The position numbers were made by a program, and so were the translations under genes. The notes beneath the pieces are model-generated. The model was given only the letters and a program-made list of their open reading frames with translations, had not been told where the DNA came from and did not search any database. Of a DNA stretch of 64,000 nucleotides, positions 1 through 9,673 are shown piece by piece; position 1 is the stretch's first letter, and every line of letters starts with the position of its first letter. The DNA comes from Eubacteriales bacterium. GTDB lineage: Bacteria > Bacillota > Clostridia > Oscillospirales > SIG627. Location of the stretch: NCBI GenBank assembly GCA_045655865.1, contig JAZOQB010000046.1:27504-91503 (forward strand), read 5' to 3'.

Positions 1-872
1 TCTACTAAACTTGCACCGTTGTCAACTTTTAAAAGCTTTTTTTCTTTCAGTTCTTCAACCACAGCCGGCATTTTGTCGCTGTAGAAGCTCTCGCCGTTAA
101 AGCTATCAAATGAGATTCCAAGAAGATCATAGGTCTTCATATATTCTTTTAGACTGATCTCTTTAAAGAGACGCCATAAACGGAGGTTCTCTTCGTCAGA
201 GTTTTCCAAAGCGGAAAATTCCAAGCGAGCTTCGTCGTTCAGCGAAGGATCCTTTTCAGCCTCTTCCCCAAATTTAACGTACAAACGATTCAGCTCTTCG
301 ATTCCGATATTATGGATCGCTTCCTCGTTCCCCCACTTTTTAAATGAGACAACCAGCTTTCCATACTGAGTGCCCCAGTCGCCCAAATAATTGATACCTA
401 CGGTGTTGTATCCGGAAAAACGATGGATCAATTTGATGGAGTTACCGATTACAGTAGTACCTAAATGACCGATGTGAAAACGTTTGGCGATATTGGGAGA
501 AGAATAGTCAATAACCATAGTCTTCCCTTTTCCAATCTCGTTCCGACCAAAATCTTCACCTTTTTCCAGCATTTCTCTAAGAAGAGATAAGCGAAAGGAA
601 TCAGAGAGAAAAAAATTTAAATATCCACCGGCACTCTCGACCCGGGAAATACCCGGTATCAGATCGGTTGAAAAAGCAAGTGACAAATCTTTGGCAATAA
701 TAGCCGGATTTTTGCGCAGACACTTTGCCAAAGGGAACGTAGCCAAAGCAATATCTCCCATAGAGGAATCTGGTGGCGTATCAAAAAAGTCTAAAAGAGT
801 TGTAACGGTGATATCCGGGTGATTTAAATGCCGAGCAACTTGTGCGGCAATGTTTTGTTTTAACTGGTTCAT
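1..872 (-). CDS. argS: Arginine--tRNA ligase, N-terminal ~290 aa (gene runs off the left edge)
   Basis: Open frame absent from the ORF track because it has no stop in the window. My translation from ATG 872 (SD AAAGGAG) reads MNQLKQNIAAQVARHL...DYSSPNIAKRFHIGHLGTTVIGNS...LGDWGTQYGKL, a class I HIGH motif in ArgRS-typical context. Confidence 0.85.
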   Translation of the reverse strand, partial: MNQLKQNIAAQVARHLNHPDITVTTLLDFFDTPPDSSMGDIALATFPLAKCLRKNPAIIAKDLSLAFSTDLIPGISRVESAGGYLNFFLSDSFRLSLLREMLEKGEDFGRNEIGKGKTMVIDYSSPNIAKRFHIGHLGTTVIGNSIKLIHRFSGYNTVGINYLGDWGTQYGKLVVSFKKWGNEEAIHNIGIEELNRLYVKFGEEAEKDPSLNDEARLEFSALENSDEENLRLWRLFKEISLKEYMKTYDLLGISFDSFNGESFYSDKMPAVVEELKEKKLLKVDNGASLV

Positions 873-881
873 AATGCTCCT

Positions 882-2012
882 TTAAGAAATAACAACAGAG
901 GCAGACGATGCCTGATCAACGATGGCTACATAGCTCTTGCCGCACTGAACCGCAAGCTCTTTTCCATCAACAGTGTAATATGTAAAAGGGGAAGTTTCGC
1001 TTTCCCTCTTCCAAAGAATTTGAGTGTATTCTCCACCGTTTAAGTAATACCCGCTTCCCTGTCCGGTCAACGTGATGATCCGCTTGCCAGCACCGTTTGG
1101 GATCAGGCCTTGCTGAGTGAATAAAACAAACACGTTTTCTGTTGCCACCTGAGCGTTATTCTCCCCGTCAACGTGGTCCTGAGCATACTGCTGGTGATAA
1201 TAGAGCTTTTTATCGGCATCATACTGAAACTCGGAAACGGTGTAAACGGAATGAGGAATCTTCAAATAGGTGGCACTCTTTCCGGAATCAATACCGGAAA
1301 AAGCAGGATCAAAATGAAAAGCGGTAAAAGATGGATCGGAAAGATCGGTTCGATACCCTCTCGCACCGATTCCCAAAACAGCATTCGCACCGCTGGTAAA
1401 CATGGTGTGTTCATAGGAAAAACCATGTTCCAGACGATACTGATCTCTCCAAAAGAGCTCAACGCCATTTGCAAAAAAAGGACCGTTTTTCACGCCGTCC
1501 AAATCGTTCACTTTCAGACGCGAAATCAAATCATAAGCTTCTGTAGAACCACCGGCATGAATAAAGATCGAATCGTATGCCATGGCTATCTCTACTAAAT
1601 ACGGACGTGCAGAACGAATACTACCAAATCTTCCGGCGTTGGCATAATCCAGAACGAGTCCTTCCAAGCGAAGGATGCCCCCTTCGGCTAAGGCCTCGTA
1701 GATAATATCGCATTGACTCAATCCGCTTTGGGGTAACGCATCACGCAGATTATTAAATACAACAGAAACAGGACGCTTCCCCACCAGCTCTTCCTTGCAC
1801 TCTAAGCCCGTCAACGGATTCATGTTTTCAGGAAGAGTGGGTACAGGCTCCTGTGTAACCGTTGATTCCGTAGATATCGGCAAATCCGTTTCTGGCACCG
1901 AATTCCCATGAGTCTCGGTATTTTTTGGCGCTGAAGCGGCGCAACCGAAGAATGACAGAACCATGGTGAAAGCCAAAAAACAGAAAAAAACGCGGCAACT
2001 GATTTTTTTCAT
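882..2012 (-). CDS. DUF3048-family (YerB-like) lipoprotein
   Basis: ORF track 882..2048, start moved to ATG 2012 (SD CAGGAG). MKKISCRVFFCFLAFTMVLSFFGC is a signal peptide plus lipobox. NPLTGL...RPVSVVFNN...QSGLSQCDIIYEALAEGGI matches the DUF3048 signature as I recall it. Confidence 0.75.
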   Translation of the reverse strand: MKKISCRVFFCFLAFTMVLSFFGCAASAPKNTETHGNSVPETDLPISTESTVTQEPVPTLPENMNPLTGLECKEELVGKRPVSVVFNNLRDALPQSGLSQCDIIYEALAEGGILRLEGLVLDYANAGRFGSIRSARPYLVEIAMAYDSIFIHAGGSTEAYDLISRLKVNDLDGVKNGPFFANGVELFWRDQYRLEHGFSYEHTMFTSGANAVLGIGARGYRTDLSDPSFTAFHFDPAFSGIDSGKSATYLKIPHSVYTVSEFQYDADKKLYYHQQYAQDHVDGENNAQVATENVFVLFTQQGLIPNGAGKRIITLTGQGSGYYLNGGEYTQILWKRESETSPFTYYTVDGKELAVQCGKSYVAIVDQASSASVVIS

Positions 2013-2072
2013 AAAAACTCCTGTGCTTTCCGGTTTGACGATGGCCAAACCCTTTACATTTGATTTTATATT

Positions 2073-2101
2073 ATTGTACCATTTTTTGATTCAAAAATCA
2101 A
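2073..2101 (-). promoter_or_regulatory. Sigma-A-type promoter for the DUF3048 lipoprotein gene
   Basis: On the minus strand: TTGATT (2101-2096), 17 nt, TACAAT (2078-2073) with an upstream TG. The -35 lies inside a TTGATT/AATCAA inverted repeat. Confidence 0.55.
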
Positions 2102-2160
2102 CATCTTTTCAAAGGAAAGATAAAAAGTCTAAAAATGTCAACTTCCGTGTTACGCACAAG

Positions 2161-2193
2161 AAAAGATCCTTAGGATATCCTAAGGATCTTTTT
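2161..2193 (-). terminator. Rho-independent terminator after the giant glucan-synthase-like gene
   Basis: Perfect palindrome AAAAGATCCTTAGGAT/ATCCTAAGGATCTTTT about 20 nt past the stop at 2215, with T/A runs on both sides. Confidence 0.7.
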
Positions 2194-2214
2194 CCGAAAT
2201 AAGCTTTATAATTT

Positions 2215-5200
2215 TCATTCTACGCTGCTGATTTCCTCGTTCAAATTTTCCAGTTTTTCCAACTCCTTTAAAAGCCGACCGTACCAACCCGCCGCGCCCG
2301 TATACCAGCTCCATCCACCATGGCCGCGCATGCCATCTGCCGTGTATACGTCTCCGCAAAGCACGTAAGGTTCTCTTTGATAACGGCGAAAATGTTCAAG
2401 ACGCAGATTTGCAAAAGGATCCAGAAGCTTTGCAACGTCCTTTCCTGCTTGAACAAGCTTGAAATTTTGGCTCTTCATCCCAAACTCTAAAAGCGCCAAA
2501 GCGAACCAAACGGCAGCGTGGGTATATTGTCCTCCGTTTTCTCTAACACCCGCACAATAGCGTTGAATATATCCCGGTGTGGGGCTCGTCATTACAAATG
2601 GCTTTGAAAACAACGCTGTGGTTCTACACTTGTCATCCGAAAGGATCTCGCGCGCCGCGCGAAGAGCGCTGGTCACCATTTCTTCTGGAAGAGCATACGG
2701 CGTGTTCTCAAATTCGCTGTAATAGAATGCTGAAAATGCCTGGGTAATCAAATCAATGCTGCATTCGCTTTCCAAAGACACATCTCCCCCGAGGACCGAT
2801 CCGTCCTCGCGAAATGCTCGAACAAACCAGACACCGTTGAATGATTCCCGAATACCAAAAGATAGATCTTGAAAGAAAGAAGGAAGCTTTTCTTGAATCT
2901 GTGGATCCAAATACTTTTGACAACGATGCAAACACACCGCCCCAAAAAGCCCCAGCCAAACGCTTTCTCCATCGATTAAATTCATGCCGTCATTCCAATC
3001 GCCGGACAAAATTGGAGGAAGATTGTGCGGTCCAAGTCCTCGACTGAGGAAAAGACGAGCACAACGGTTTAAATGCTCACGAAAAGTCCCCCTCTCCCCT
3101 CTTTCTGGAATAAAATAACTTTCCTTCTCATCAAAGCGAAGTCCCTTTCCTTTCAAAAAAGGTGCCGGAATTTCAAGAAGTCCTGTATCACCTGTTTTTT
3201 CAAGATATTCAGCGCTAACATAAAGGAGCCACAAATAGTCGTCGCTGCAAAGAGTTCGAATTCCCGGATTGCCACTCCCGACTTTGATGGGATGCCACCA
3301 GTGCTGAACGTCCCCTTCTTCAAATTGATGGGAAGATGCGCGCAAAAGATGTTGCCGTGTAATCTCCTGATTGCAGTCCAAAAAAACTAGACTGTCTTGT
3401 AATTGATCGCGGAATCCATACGCACCACTGGATTGATACAAACCAGTTCTTCCAAAGAAACGGGAATGGACCGCTTGATAATGAATCCAAAACGACTGCG
3501 TCGAAGAAAATTTCTCAGGAAATAGCGACTCGGAAAATTCCTTCTCTCTGGTAAGCAGTTCCTCAACTGTTACATTTTTTACCGCACGTTTTAAAAATCT
3601 TAGGTGTTCTTCGTTAGAAGCCCCACCAAGAAAAAAGGTACTCTCTTCCCGAGCAGAAAAAGCAAAATTTAACCGTTCTCCGCTTGTTGTAACGTCAAGG
3701 GTCTCTCCTCTTGAACAGAACCAACCGAACCCACCAATTTCACCTAAGATGGCTGAGGAAAACGAAACGAAGTCATCTTTTGCAGATAATAAGATGTTGC
3801 GATCATCACGCTTTCCCATGGCGGGAACGAAAGAAAAGATCAATTGCCCTTTTTCGGATAGTCCGGAACTGAGATTTACAAAAAACAACTTGGCCGACAA
3901 AAACTCAGATGCAGAAACAACAACCTGATAGGCTTCTTTTAAAATCGTTCCGCGATAAATCGCAAAATGTTTTCGATATTCCACCGCCTCTGCCAATGAG
4001 ATCAGATCAAAGACTTTTTCACCCATACGAAGATAGACTTTTTCGCCCGTCCCATCTTCCGGAAGACTTTCCCACTTTGAGATCCGATTCAGTCCGGAAT
4101 TACGAAACCAGGTAAAACCAAGAGAATTCTGGTCGCATACAAATCCGATCATCCTGTTGGAAACGATATGAGAAAAAGGTACCGGTGGTGAAAATTTGTT
4201 TTTTTCTAAAAGAAAACCGCGTTCCTGTAATTGTCCAACGGTCTCTACTTGATTTTCTTTTGGAAATTTAACATTCATTTCCGGAGAAAAAGCTACTTCT
4301 TGTAGGAGGGTTTCCCCAAATTCCGGAAAACCAAAAGTCTCAAGGCTGAGAAGGGCAAACTGCTCTATCTCTTTTGTGGAAGATACCTCTGCAAAATGAA
4401 TTCCGGGGTGTCTTCCCAAAACAAATTCACAGTGGTATTTGGTAACAAAGCCGGTCAAGTCCTCTCTAAATTGATTGAAATACCCTCCTGACTGCTTATG
4501 AAGAATTACAAGATCTATCGGTAGTCCGGCAAGGTGAAACTTCTTTTGTACCCGGATCAGTTTATCCGCAATATCCATAGAATGTCGATGATTTTCATCC
4601 AGCCAAACACAAATCATAGGAAAATCACCTGAAATGCCAAATTTCCACAGAAAGTCACATGTCTCGCCAGCGGGATGCTCAACTTGTAAAATTCTCCTTT
4701 GTTTCCACAGTAAAGGTAAAATCTGTTTTTCTAAACTTAAAACATTCTCGTCATAAAAACAGATCTCATCCAAATGCAGGATCCGAGCCAATCCTTTTTG
4801 CTGTAAATCTTTTGACGGAAAGTAAGAACCATCTAACGCGGAAAAAATATCCGTCGGCGATTCTTTATCAGACGGCAAGAGAACGATAGGAAGAACTAAG
4901 CTTTCTGCGGTTCCAAAAGAAAATGAAATGCTGACTTTCGGATGGTGAAGCATCCGAGTAAAAAACTTTCCTTCTCCGTTTTTTCCTTGAATACTAGTCT
5001 TGAACGGCATTTTTGACACCAAGTGGAGATACCGATGTTTTTCAACGCCGCGCCGACAGATCACCAAATTTTTTCCGTCACTTTTCCCTTCCAAAGCCAA
5101 AGCTTGGAACGCCGGATGTGCCTGATACTCCCCCTCTTTTTGAATCATTGCATCAAACGAGAACTCTATCTGACAAGGGCCGTTGTAACCATTCACCTCC

Positions 5201-8200
5201 AAACGCAAACTCATAGCGTTTTTTCCACCTAAAAGTTGCATGCGAAGGACAATGGAGACCTTCTGACGTACAATGACATATTCCACAAAATCAGTACCAA
5301 ACCGAACCAATTTTCCTTTCGGATCAATCGTGTTGAAATCGAGTGCGATCTCGCCTAGCTTAACACGACAAGAGATACCGCCTTTTTTTGGGTCAACAAG
5401 ATCCATCTCTTGATACAGGATACGATTTTTTCCATTATCCAGAGCCACCAGGCTCATTTTTCCATCCGTCAAAAGTTTTCCGTTTTTCCCTCCATCTTCC
5501 ATCGACAAGATCTCCGTTTCGCCGGGTGCGGCAGACAAAGGGGGCGCTTGTAAGCTGCGTTTTTTCCGCATGACGCGGCCCTCCAATGGAAAACGCTCTG
5601 CCAGAAGCTCTTTTTTAGCGTCAAAATCTGCAAAGCTTAAAAAACGTTTGACAAATATTTCATCTTTTACAGCATTGGCTAGCGCCACCATGCTCATACC
5701 TTTGTGATGTGCCATATAGGACTGAACAACCGTCCAATCACCCAAGAAGTTTGATCCAAATTCGCAAGATTCAAAAAAACCGTAGGGTCCAATAAGTCCC
5801 ATTTCCTCCATGATCATAAGATTTGCAAGAACGGTTTTGTCTTTCCGTTCCAACATTAAAAAAGAGGAATAAGGAGAAATGATCTTTGGATAATACTCTC
5901 CTGTCTGCACAGAAAGCATCGGGGCACCAAAGGCCTTGTACTGAAAATTTCCTTGAGCATCTGTGAGCGAATACCCGCTTTCACTGATTCCGAAAATGGG
6001 TTTTTCGGCGGTGCAGTGGGCGTTAAATTTTTTTTGACAAAAAAGAGCGAAATCTAAGCTTTCATCTTCCAACGAATTCTCAATTACCGGAAGAAAAAGA
6101 GGAGGCATGAAATATTCAAACGCTGTCCCTGTCCAAGATCCAAGACCGACTCGCCCGGAATAGGAAAGAAGCGGTCGTGAAAGTCTAAACCAGTGGCCGG
6201 GACCTATCTGTCCGAGACTGATCGCCAGAAAACTTGTAATTCTGGCTTCGCTCATATACAGGTCATAATCCGGTCCTCCTTTTCGATTGTCATCAGGAAC
6301 CAATCCTACACGGAAGAGATTTCTATCATAATCATAAAGTAGAGCAAAATTTGCGCCGTCAATCTCCGCCTTTATCATTTGACGTACCTCTCGGGCAGAA
6401 GAATCCTTTTTTTCAAGATCTTCCAATGCCTGATACACGGTAATCAGGGAGGCAATATAATTGCCACTGTCAACCGTAGAGATAAATCTTTCCCCAATTA
6501 CATTCAGAGTATTAAGGTCATACCAATTGTACAGATGACCGCCATAGCGCTCCAAACGTTTTGTCACTTCCAAGGTCTTTTTCAGTGATCGACAAAGTTC
6601 GCCGGCATTCAACAGTCCAAAATCCCAAGCCGCAATCAAAGACGCCAAATACAAACCAATGTTAGTGGGAGAGGTGCGCATAGCGATCTTCTCCAAAGGG
6701 TCTAATTGTATATTGTCCGGCGGAAGGAAATTGGTCTTTTCCCCAACACACTCTTGGAAAAAGCGAAATTCTTTTGCAGCTAGATCGGTTAAATATTCCT
6801 TTTCTTTTTTGCTCCAGCGTTTTACTTTTTTGTAAGGCAGAGAAAGGAAAAGAGACAAGAAAGGGAAAAGCAGCCATAAAATAGCATAAAGAAATGCAAC
6901 GAGGCTTCGACAGAAAAAGAGGAAACCTGTGGTTAACAGGATTGATGGTAAAAAAAACAAAAATGGGTCTTTCCCCCGAGACAAAGGCGAATATACCTGC
7001 CACTGTAACAATCTTTTTTTGGAAACGGTCATTCGATAAAGACTGCGAAAAACAGCGTCCAAAAAATACACAGTCTCAAATGCGATCGCTGAGAGAGACA
7101 AGAAGCCTTGATAAAAGGAATTAAGAATTAAGTTGCGCATTCGAGTGGAAAACCGACGGTTAAAATGCTCCCAGTTTCCACTAAGCAAAAATCCCGTTCC
7201 TGTAATCAGTGTACCCTCGCAGTGAAACAAAAGGACTAAAAGCGCACAGATACCGGCGGTAAGTCTCCCGTAAAATCCTGACACAAATAAGAAAAGAAGC
7301 TCACAGATCGGTGTCAAGTAGGACAGCACATTTTCAATAGCAAACCAGGCCCGTCGAGGAGGAATCTTGAAAATGATCGACAAATTTTGGACATCCCCAC
7401 GGATCCATCGATGAAGCCGTTTATAATGACTGATTGTTGACTGAGGACTGGAATCGGCAAAATATTCATTGGTGGCAAGTCCGCATCGCAACATGGCCCC
7501 TTCCGGCATATCATGACTAAGAATTTTCTGCTCCGGAAGGAAATCGTGCATCACCTCGTTATAGGCGCCGACATGAATAATTCCCTTTCCACAAAAGTTG
7601 CCCTCTCCAAAAAGACTTTGCATGGTATCATAAGAGGCAGAAGCATAAAAAATTTCTCCGCTACCATTACCGTAGATCTTTCCAAAAGGAGTTGTAATTT
7701 TTTCCAAAAGGGACGATGTGATTTTTGGCTGAATGATACCATGACCGGATATTACTACTTTTTTTCCTCGTCTTATGCCAATGACAGGTTGATTGAGCGG
7801 ATGGGCAGCAAAGCCGATCAAGCGTTTGGCTTGACCTATTCCAAGCTCCGTGTCACCGTCCAACGTTATCAAATATCTGGATCCCACAATCTGGTCTCCA
7901 ACACCAAACATTTCCACTTGTTTGTCAAGAGGCTGACCGCCGAGAAAAGATATTAATTGTTCGATCGCACCCCGTTTTCGCTCCCACCCTACAAAACTAT
8001 TTTCGCTTTTGTGATAGCAACGACGACGCAAAAAGGCAAAGAAAACCTCCTTGTTTTGATTCATTTCACTGATTTTCTGGTTTAAATAATCAAAAAGCTC
8101 AGCATCCTCCGGAACAGTTTCCTTTGTTTTTTCCGGAAGATCACAAAGAAGTCCAAAAAATATTCGATCTCCCTTTTCAAAATTATTAACCTGAAAGCGT

Positions 8201-9177
8201 TGTATCTTTTGGCAGAGTAAATCGATGTCCTTTTTTGAAGTTATCAAAGACGCGATAACCGCTGTTGTTTTCTCATTTTCCGATACTACGTCTACTTTAA
8301 GCTGCGGTAAAACTTCCTTTTTCCGCAAAAGAGAAAACACAAAATCAACAAGCCTTTTGCAAAAGAAATATAACGGAACTGCTAACAACAAAACCAGGAC
8401 AGGTTTCCGAATGGTCCACGAAAATTCCCACAACAAAATTAAGAAGAATAAAACAAGGATAGGAAAATAAATCCTACACCTTTTATTTTCTTCAAGAAAT
8501 TTTCCAATGTGAACACCTTGTTTCTTTGCGCTCTCCAGCTTTTCCCTGCAAAGCTTTTCACTCGTCTTATTTTTTCGTCGAGCTTCCTTTTTAATTCTTT
8601 CTTTATATAGTGCTTGAGTTGCCCGTGTCATGTTGGGGTAAATTCCAGCAGGATCATAACGAAGGTATTGCTCAAGAGGCGAAAAACCGATGGCAAACGA
8701 TTCAAAGTCGACATTCATAAAATTGTGCAGCAAAGTGAATAGCCTGGGAATATTCTTTTCGTCCCCTTCAGCAGAAAGACGTATCTCTTCTGCAAGCACG
8801 ATCAAAAACACGCTTTTCAGGCTATTTAATTCTTTCTCTGTCACCTCTTTCTCCGCGGTAAGAGAGACAAAAAAAGCATGAATATCCTCTTTGCTTCCTT
8901 CAAAATCTTCACAGGAAAACAAACATTTTACTACCTGAAGTGTCTGTTCTGTTGTGAAAAAACAGCGAAAATCAATTCCCGAAATACAGGTTTTCAAAAA
9001 TGAAAAGTTTTCTGCGAGCCATCTTCCGGGAATCGTACTGTTATCTGCAAGATCCGCACACTTTTTAATAAGTGCTATGTTCTCACGCAAACGTTCCATG
9101 AGTTTTGTCGTACTCATTCCGCGGGCGGGTCTCTTCTCAACGCCTTTTACCAGATTTTTTATTTTTTCTGATGTCAT
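2215..9177 (-). CDS. Cyclic beta-1,2-glucan synthase-like giant membrane protein (GT84-like glycosyltransferase + alpha/alpha-barrel region + GH94-like phosphorylase), 2320 aa
   Basis: ORF track 2215..9291, start moved to ATG 9177 (SD AGGTGAG 5 nt upstream). Hydrophobic helices flank a GT region with ITLDGDT (7849-7869) and HRWIRGDVQNL (7381-7413), like the RW.RGDWQ motif of NdvB/ChvB/Cgs. TSPTNIGLYLASLIAAWDFG lies in the middle. The C-terminal third carries GFRDQLQDS and SGDWNDGMN (2980-3006), typical of GH94 phosphorylases. Confidence 0.7.
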   Translation of the reverse strand: MTSEKIKNLVKGVEKRPARGMSTTKLMERLRENIALIKKCADLADNSTIPGRWLAENFSFLKTCISGIDFRCFFTTEQTLQVVKCLFSCEDFEGSKEDIHAFFVSLTAEKEVTEKELNSLKSVFLIVLAEEIRLSAEGDEKNIPRLFTLLHNFMNVDFESFAIGFSPLEQYLRYDPAGIYPNMTRATQALYKERIKKEARRKNKTSEKLCREKLESAKKQGVHIGKFLEENKRCRIYFPILVLFFLILLWEFSWTIRKPVLVLLLAVPLYFFCKRLVDFVFSLLRKKEVLPQLKVDVVSENEKTTAVIASLITSKKDIDLLCQKIQRFQVNNFEKGDRIFFGLLCDLPEKTKETVPEDAELFDYLNQKISEMNQNKEVFFAFLRRRCYHKSENSFVGWERKRGAIEQLISFLGGQPLDKQVEMFGVGDQIVGSRYLITLDGDTELGIGQAKRLIGFAAHPLNQPVIGIRRGKKVVISGHGIIQPKITSSLLEKITTPFGKIYGNGSGEIFYASASYDTMQSLFGEGNFCGKGIIHVGAYNEVMHDFLPEQKILSHDMPEGAMLRCGLATNEYFADSSPQSTISHYKRLHRWIRGDVQNLSIIFKIPPRRAWFAIENVLSYLTPICELLFLFVSGFYGRLTAGICALLVLLFHCEGTLITGTGFLLSGNWEHFNRRFSTRMRNLILNSFYQGFLSLSAIAFETVYFLDAVFRSLYRMTVSKKRLLQWQVYSPLSRGKDPFLFFLPSILLTTGFLFFCRSLVAFLYAILWLLFPFLSLFLSLPYKKVKRWSKKEKEYLTDLAAKEFRFFQECVGEKTNFLPPDNIQLDPLEKIAMRTSPTNIGLYLASLIAAWDFGLLNAGELCRSLKKTLEVTKRLERYGGHLYNWYDLNTLNVIGERFISTVDSGNYIASLITVYQALEDLEKKDSSAREVRQMIKAEIDGANFALLYDYDRNLFRVGLVPDDNRKGGPDYDLYMSEARITSFLAISLGQIGPGHWFRLSRPLLSYSGRVGLGSWTGTAFEYFMPPLFLPVIENSLEDESLDFALFCQKKFNAHCTAEKPIFGISESGYSLTDAQGNFQYKAFGAPMLSVQTGEYYPKIISPYSSFLMLERKDKTVLANLMIMEEMGLIGPYGFFESCEFGSNFLGDWTVVQSYMAHHKGMSMVALANAVKDEIFVKRFLSFADFDAKKELLAERFPLEGRVMRKKRSLQAPPLSAAPGETEILSMEDGGKNGKLLTDGKMSLVALDNGKNRILYQEMDLVDPKKGGISCRVKLGEIALDFNTIDPKGKLVRFGTDFVEYVIVRQKVSIVLRMQLLGGKNAMSLRLEVNGYNGPCQIEFSFDAMIQKEGEYQAHPAFQALALEGKSDGKNLVICRRGVEKHRYLHLVSKMPFKTSIQGKNGEGKFFTRMLHHPKVSISFSFGTAESLVLPIVLLPSDKESPTDIFSALDGSYFPSKDLQQKGLARILHLDEICFYDENVLSLEKQILPLLWKQRRILQVEHPAGETCDFLWKFGISGDFPMICVWLDENHRHSMDIADKLIRVQKKFHLAGLPIDLVILHKQSGGYFNQFREDLTGFVTKYHCEFVLGRHPGIHFAEVSSTKEIEQFALLSLETFGFPEFGETLLQEVAFSPEMNVKFPKENQVETVGQLQERGFLLEKNKFSPPVPFSHIVSNRMIGFVCDQNSLGFTWFRNSGLNRISKWESLPEDGTGEKVYLRMGEKVFDLISLAEAVEYRKHFAIYRGTILKEAYQVVVSASEFLSAKLFFVNLSSGLSEKGQLIFSFVPAMGKRDDRNILLSAKDDFVSFSSAILGEIGGFGWFCSRGETLDVTTSGERLNFAFSAREESTFFLGGASNEEHLRFLKRAVKNVTVEELLTREKEFSESLFPEKFSSTQSFWIHYQAVHSRFFGRTGLYQSSGAYGFRDQLQDSLVFLDCNQEITRQHLLRASSHQFEEGDVQHWWHPIKVGSGNPGIRTLCSDDYLWLLYVSAEYLEKTGDTGLLEIPAPFLKGKGLRFDEKESYFIPERGERGTFREHLNRCARLFLSRGLGPHNLPPILSGDWNDGMNLIDGESVWLGLFGAVCLHRCQKYLDPQIQEKLPSFFQDLSFGIRESFNGVWFVRAFREDGSVLGGDVSLESECSIDLITQAFSAFYYSEFENTPYALPEEMVTSALRAAREILSDDKCRTTALFSKPFVMTSPTPGYIQRYCAGVRENGGQYTHAAVWFALALLEFGMKSQNFKLVQAGKDVAKLLDPFANLRLEHFRRYQREPYVLCGDVYTADGMRGHGGWSWYTGAAGWYGRLLKELEKLENLNEEISSVE

Positions 9178-9319
9178 ATACTCACCTGCCGCTTTTTTTA
9201 AATTTATTATGAGATTGTTTTGGTATCTGTATGCAAAATGAGCCGGTGGCGTGAAAATTTGTATTTTTAAAAAAGCCACATCACTTCTCAAGATAAGGAG
9301 AACTAAGAAAAATTATTGC

Positions 9320-9348
9320 TTGACAGCTTTTAAAATAAATGCTAAACT
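9320..9348 (+). promoter_or_regulatory. Sigma-A-type promoter of the valS leader
   Basis: TTGACA (9320-9325), 17 nt, TAAACT (9343-9348). Confidence 0.6.
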
Positions 9349-9354
9349 AACAGT

Positions 9355-9620
9355 AATTTCAAAAGCTGTGATGAAGAGGACGCGACGCGGAAACCTCAGA
9401 GAAATGACGGTTGGTGCAAGTCATCGGTGCAAGCGTTGAGTTGTAGCTTCGGAGCTGAGAGGAAGAAACCTTTAGGAAGTAAAACCTCTCCGTGACTGCT
9501 GCGTCAAAGCATAAGGATTGTTAGATCCTGAGAGGCTGATCATTCAGCAATTTGAGTGGTACCGCGGGTGTTGATCTTTCACTCGTCTCAAAGAAATCTT
9601 TGGGACGAGTGTTTTTCTTT
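9355..9620 (+). promoter_or_regulatory. T-box leader (tRNA-responsive transcription attenuator) of valS
   Basis: Stem I elements are present: GA/K-turn-like TGATGAAGAG (9369-9378), AGAGA (9398-9402) and a distal hairpin ATGAC-GGTTGGTGCAA-GTCAT. The T-box sequence GAGTGGTACCGCG is at 9554-9566. Terminator hairpin CACTCGTCTCA...TGGGACGAGTG (9581-9611) is followed by TTTTT. GUU (Val) triplets occur at 9435-9437 and 9440-9442 on the 3' side of Stem I. Confidence 0.85.
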
Positions 9621-9673
9621 CCCAGAAAAAGATTACAAAATACAAATTATAAATCCAAAAATCGAGGTTTACT

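Noticed and set aside
2002-2022. Identical 21-mer ATTTTTTTCATAAAAACTCCT at 2002-2022 and 48452-48472, a possible dispersed repeat.
   Set aside because: Both copies are simply the reverse complement of AGGAGTTTTT-ATG-AAAAAAAT, meaning the SD plus MKK(I) start of two lipoprotein genes. There is no extended similarity beyond the 21 nt.
9178-9291. N-terminal extensions in the ORF track: 9178-9291 (glucan synthase), 34482-34646 (rpiB), 24329-24535 (MBL lipoprotein), 56069-56155 (argC), 23212-23301 (maf), 17084-17158, 44042-44095, 12861-12899, 53907-53936, 58302-58352.
   Set aside because: In every case an internal ATG with a well-spaced Shine-Dalgarno reproduces the canonical family N-terminus or signal peptide, and removes an otherwise long overlap with the neighbouring gene.
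9415-9426. GUC in GCAAGUCAUC as the valine specifier codon of the T-box.
   Set aside because: This segment pairs with AUGAC (9404-9408) to close the distal Stem I hairpin, so it is helical rather than in the specifier loop. The GUU triplets further 3' are better placed.
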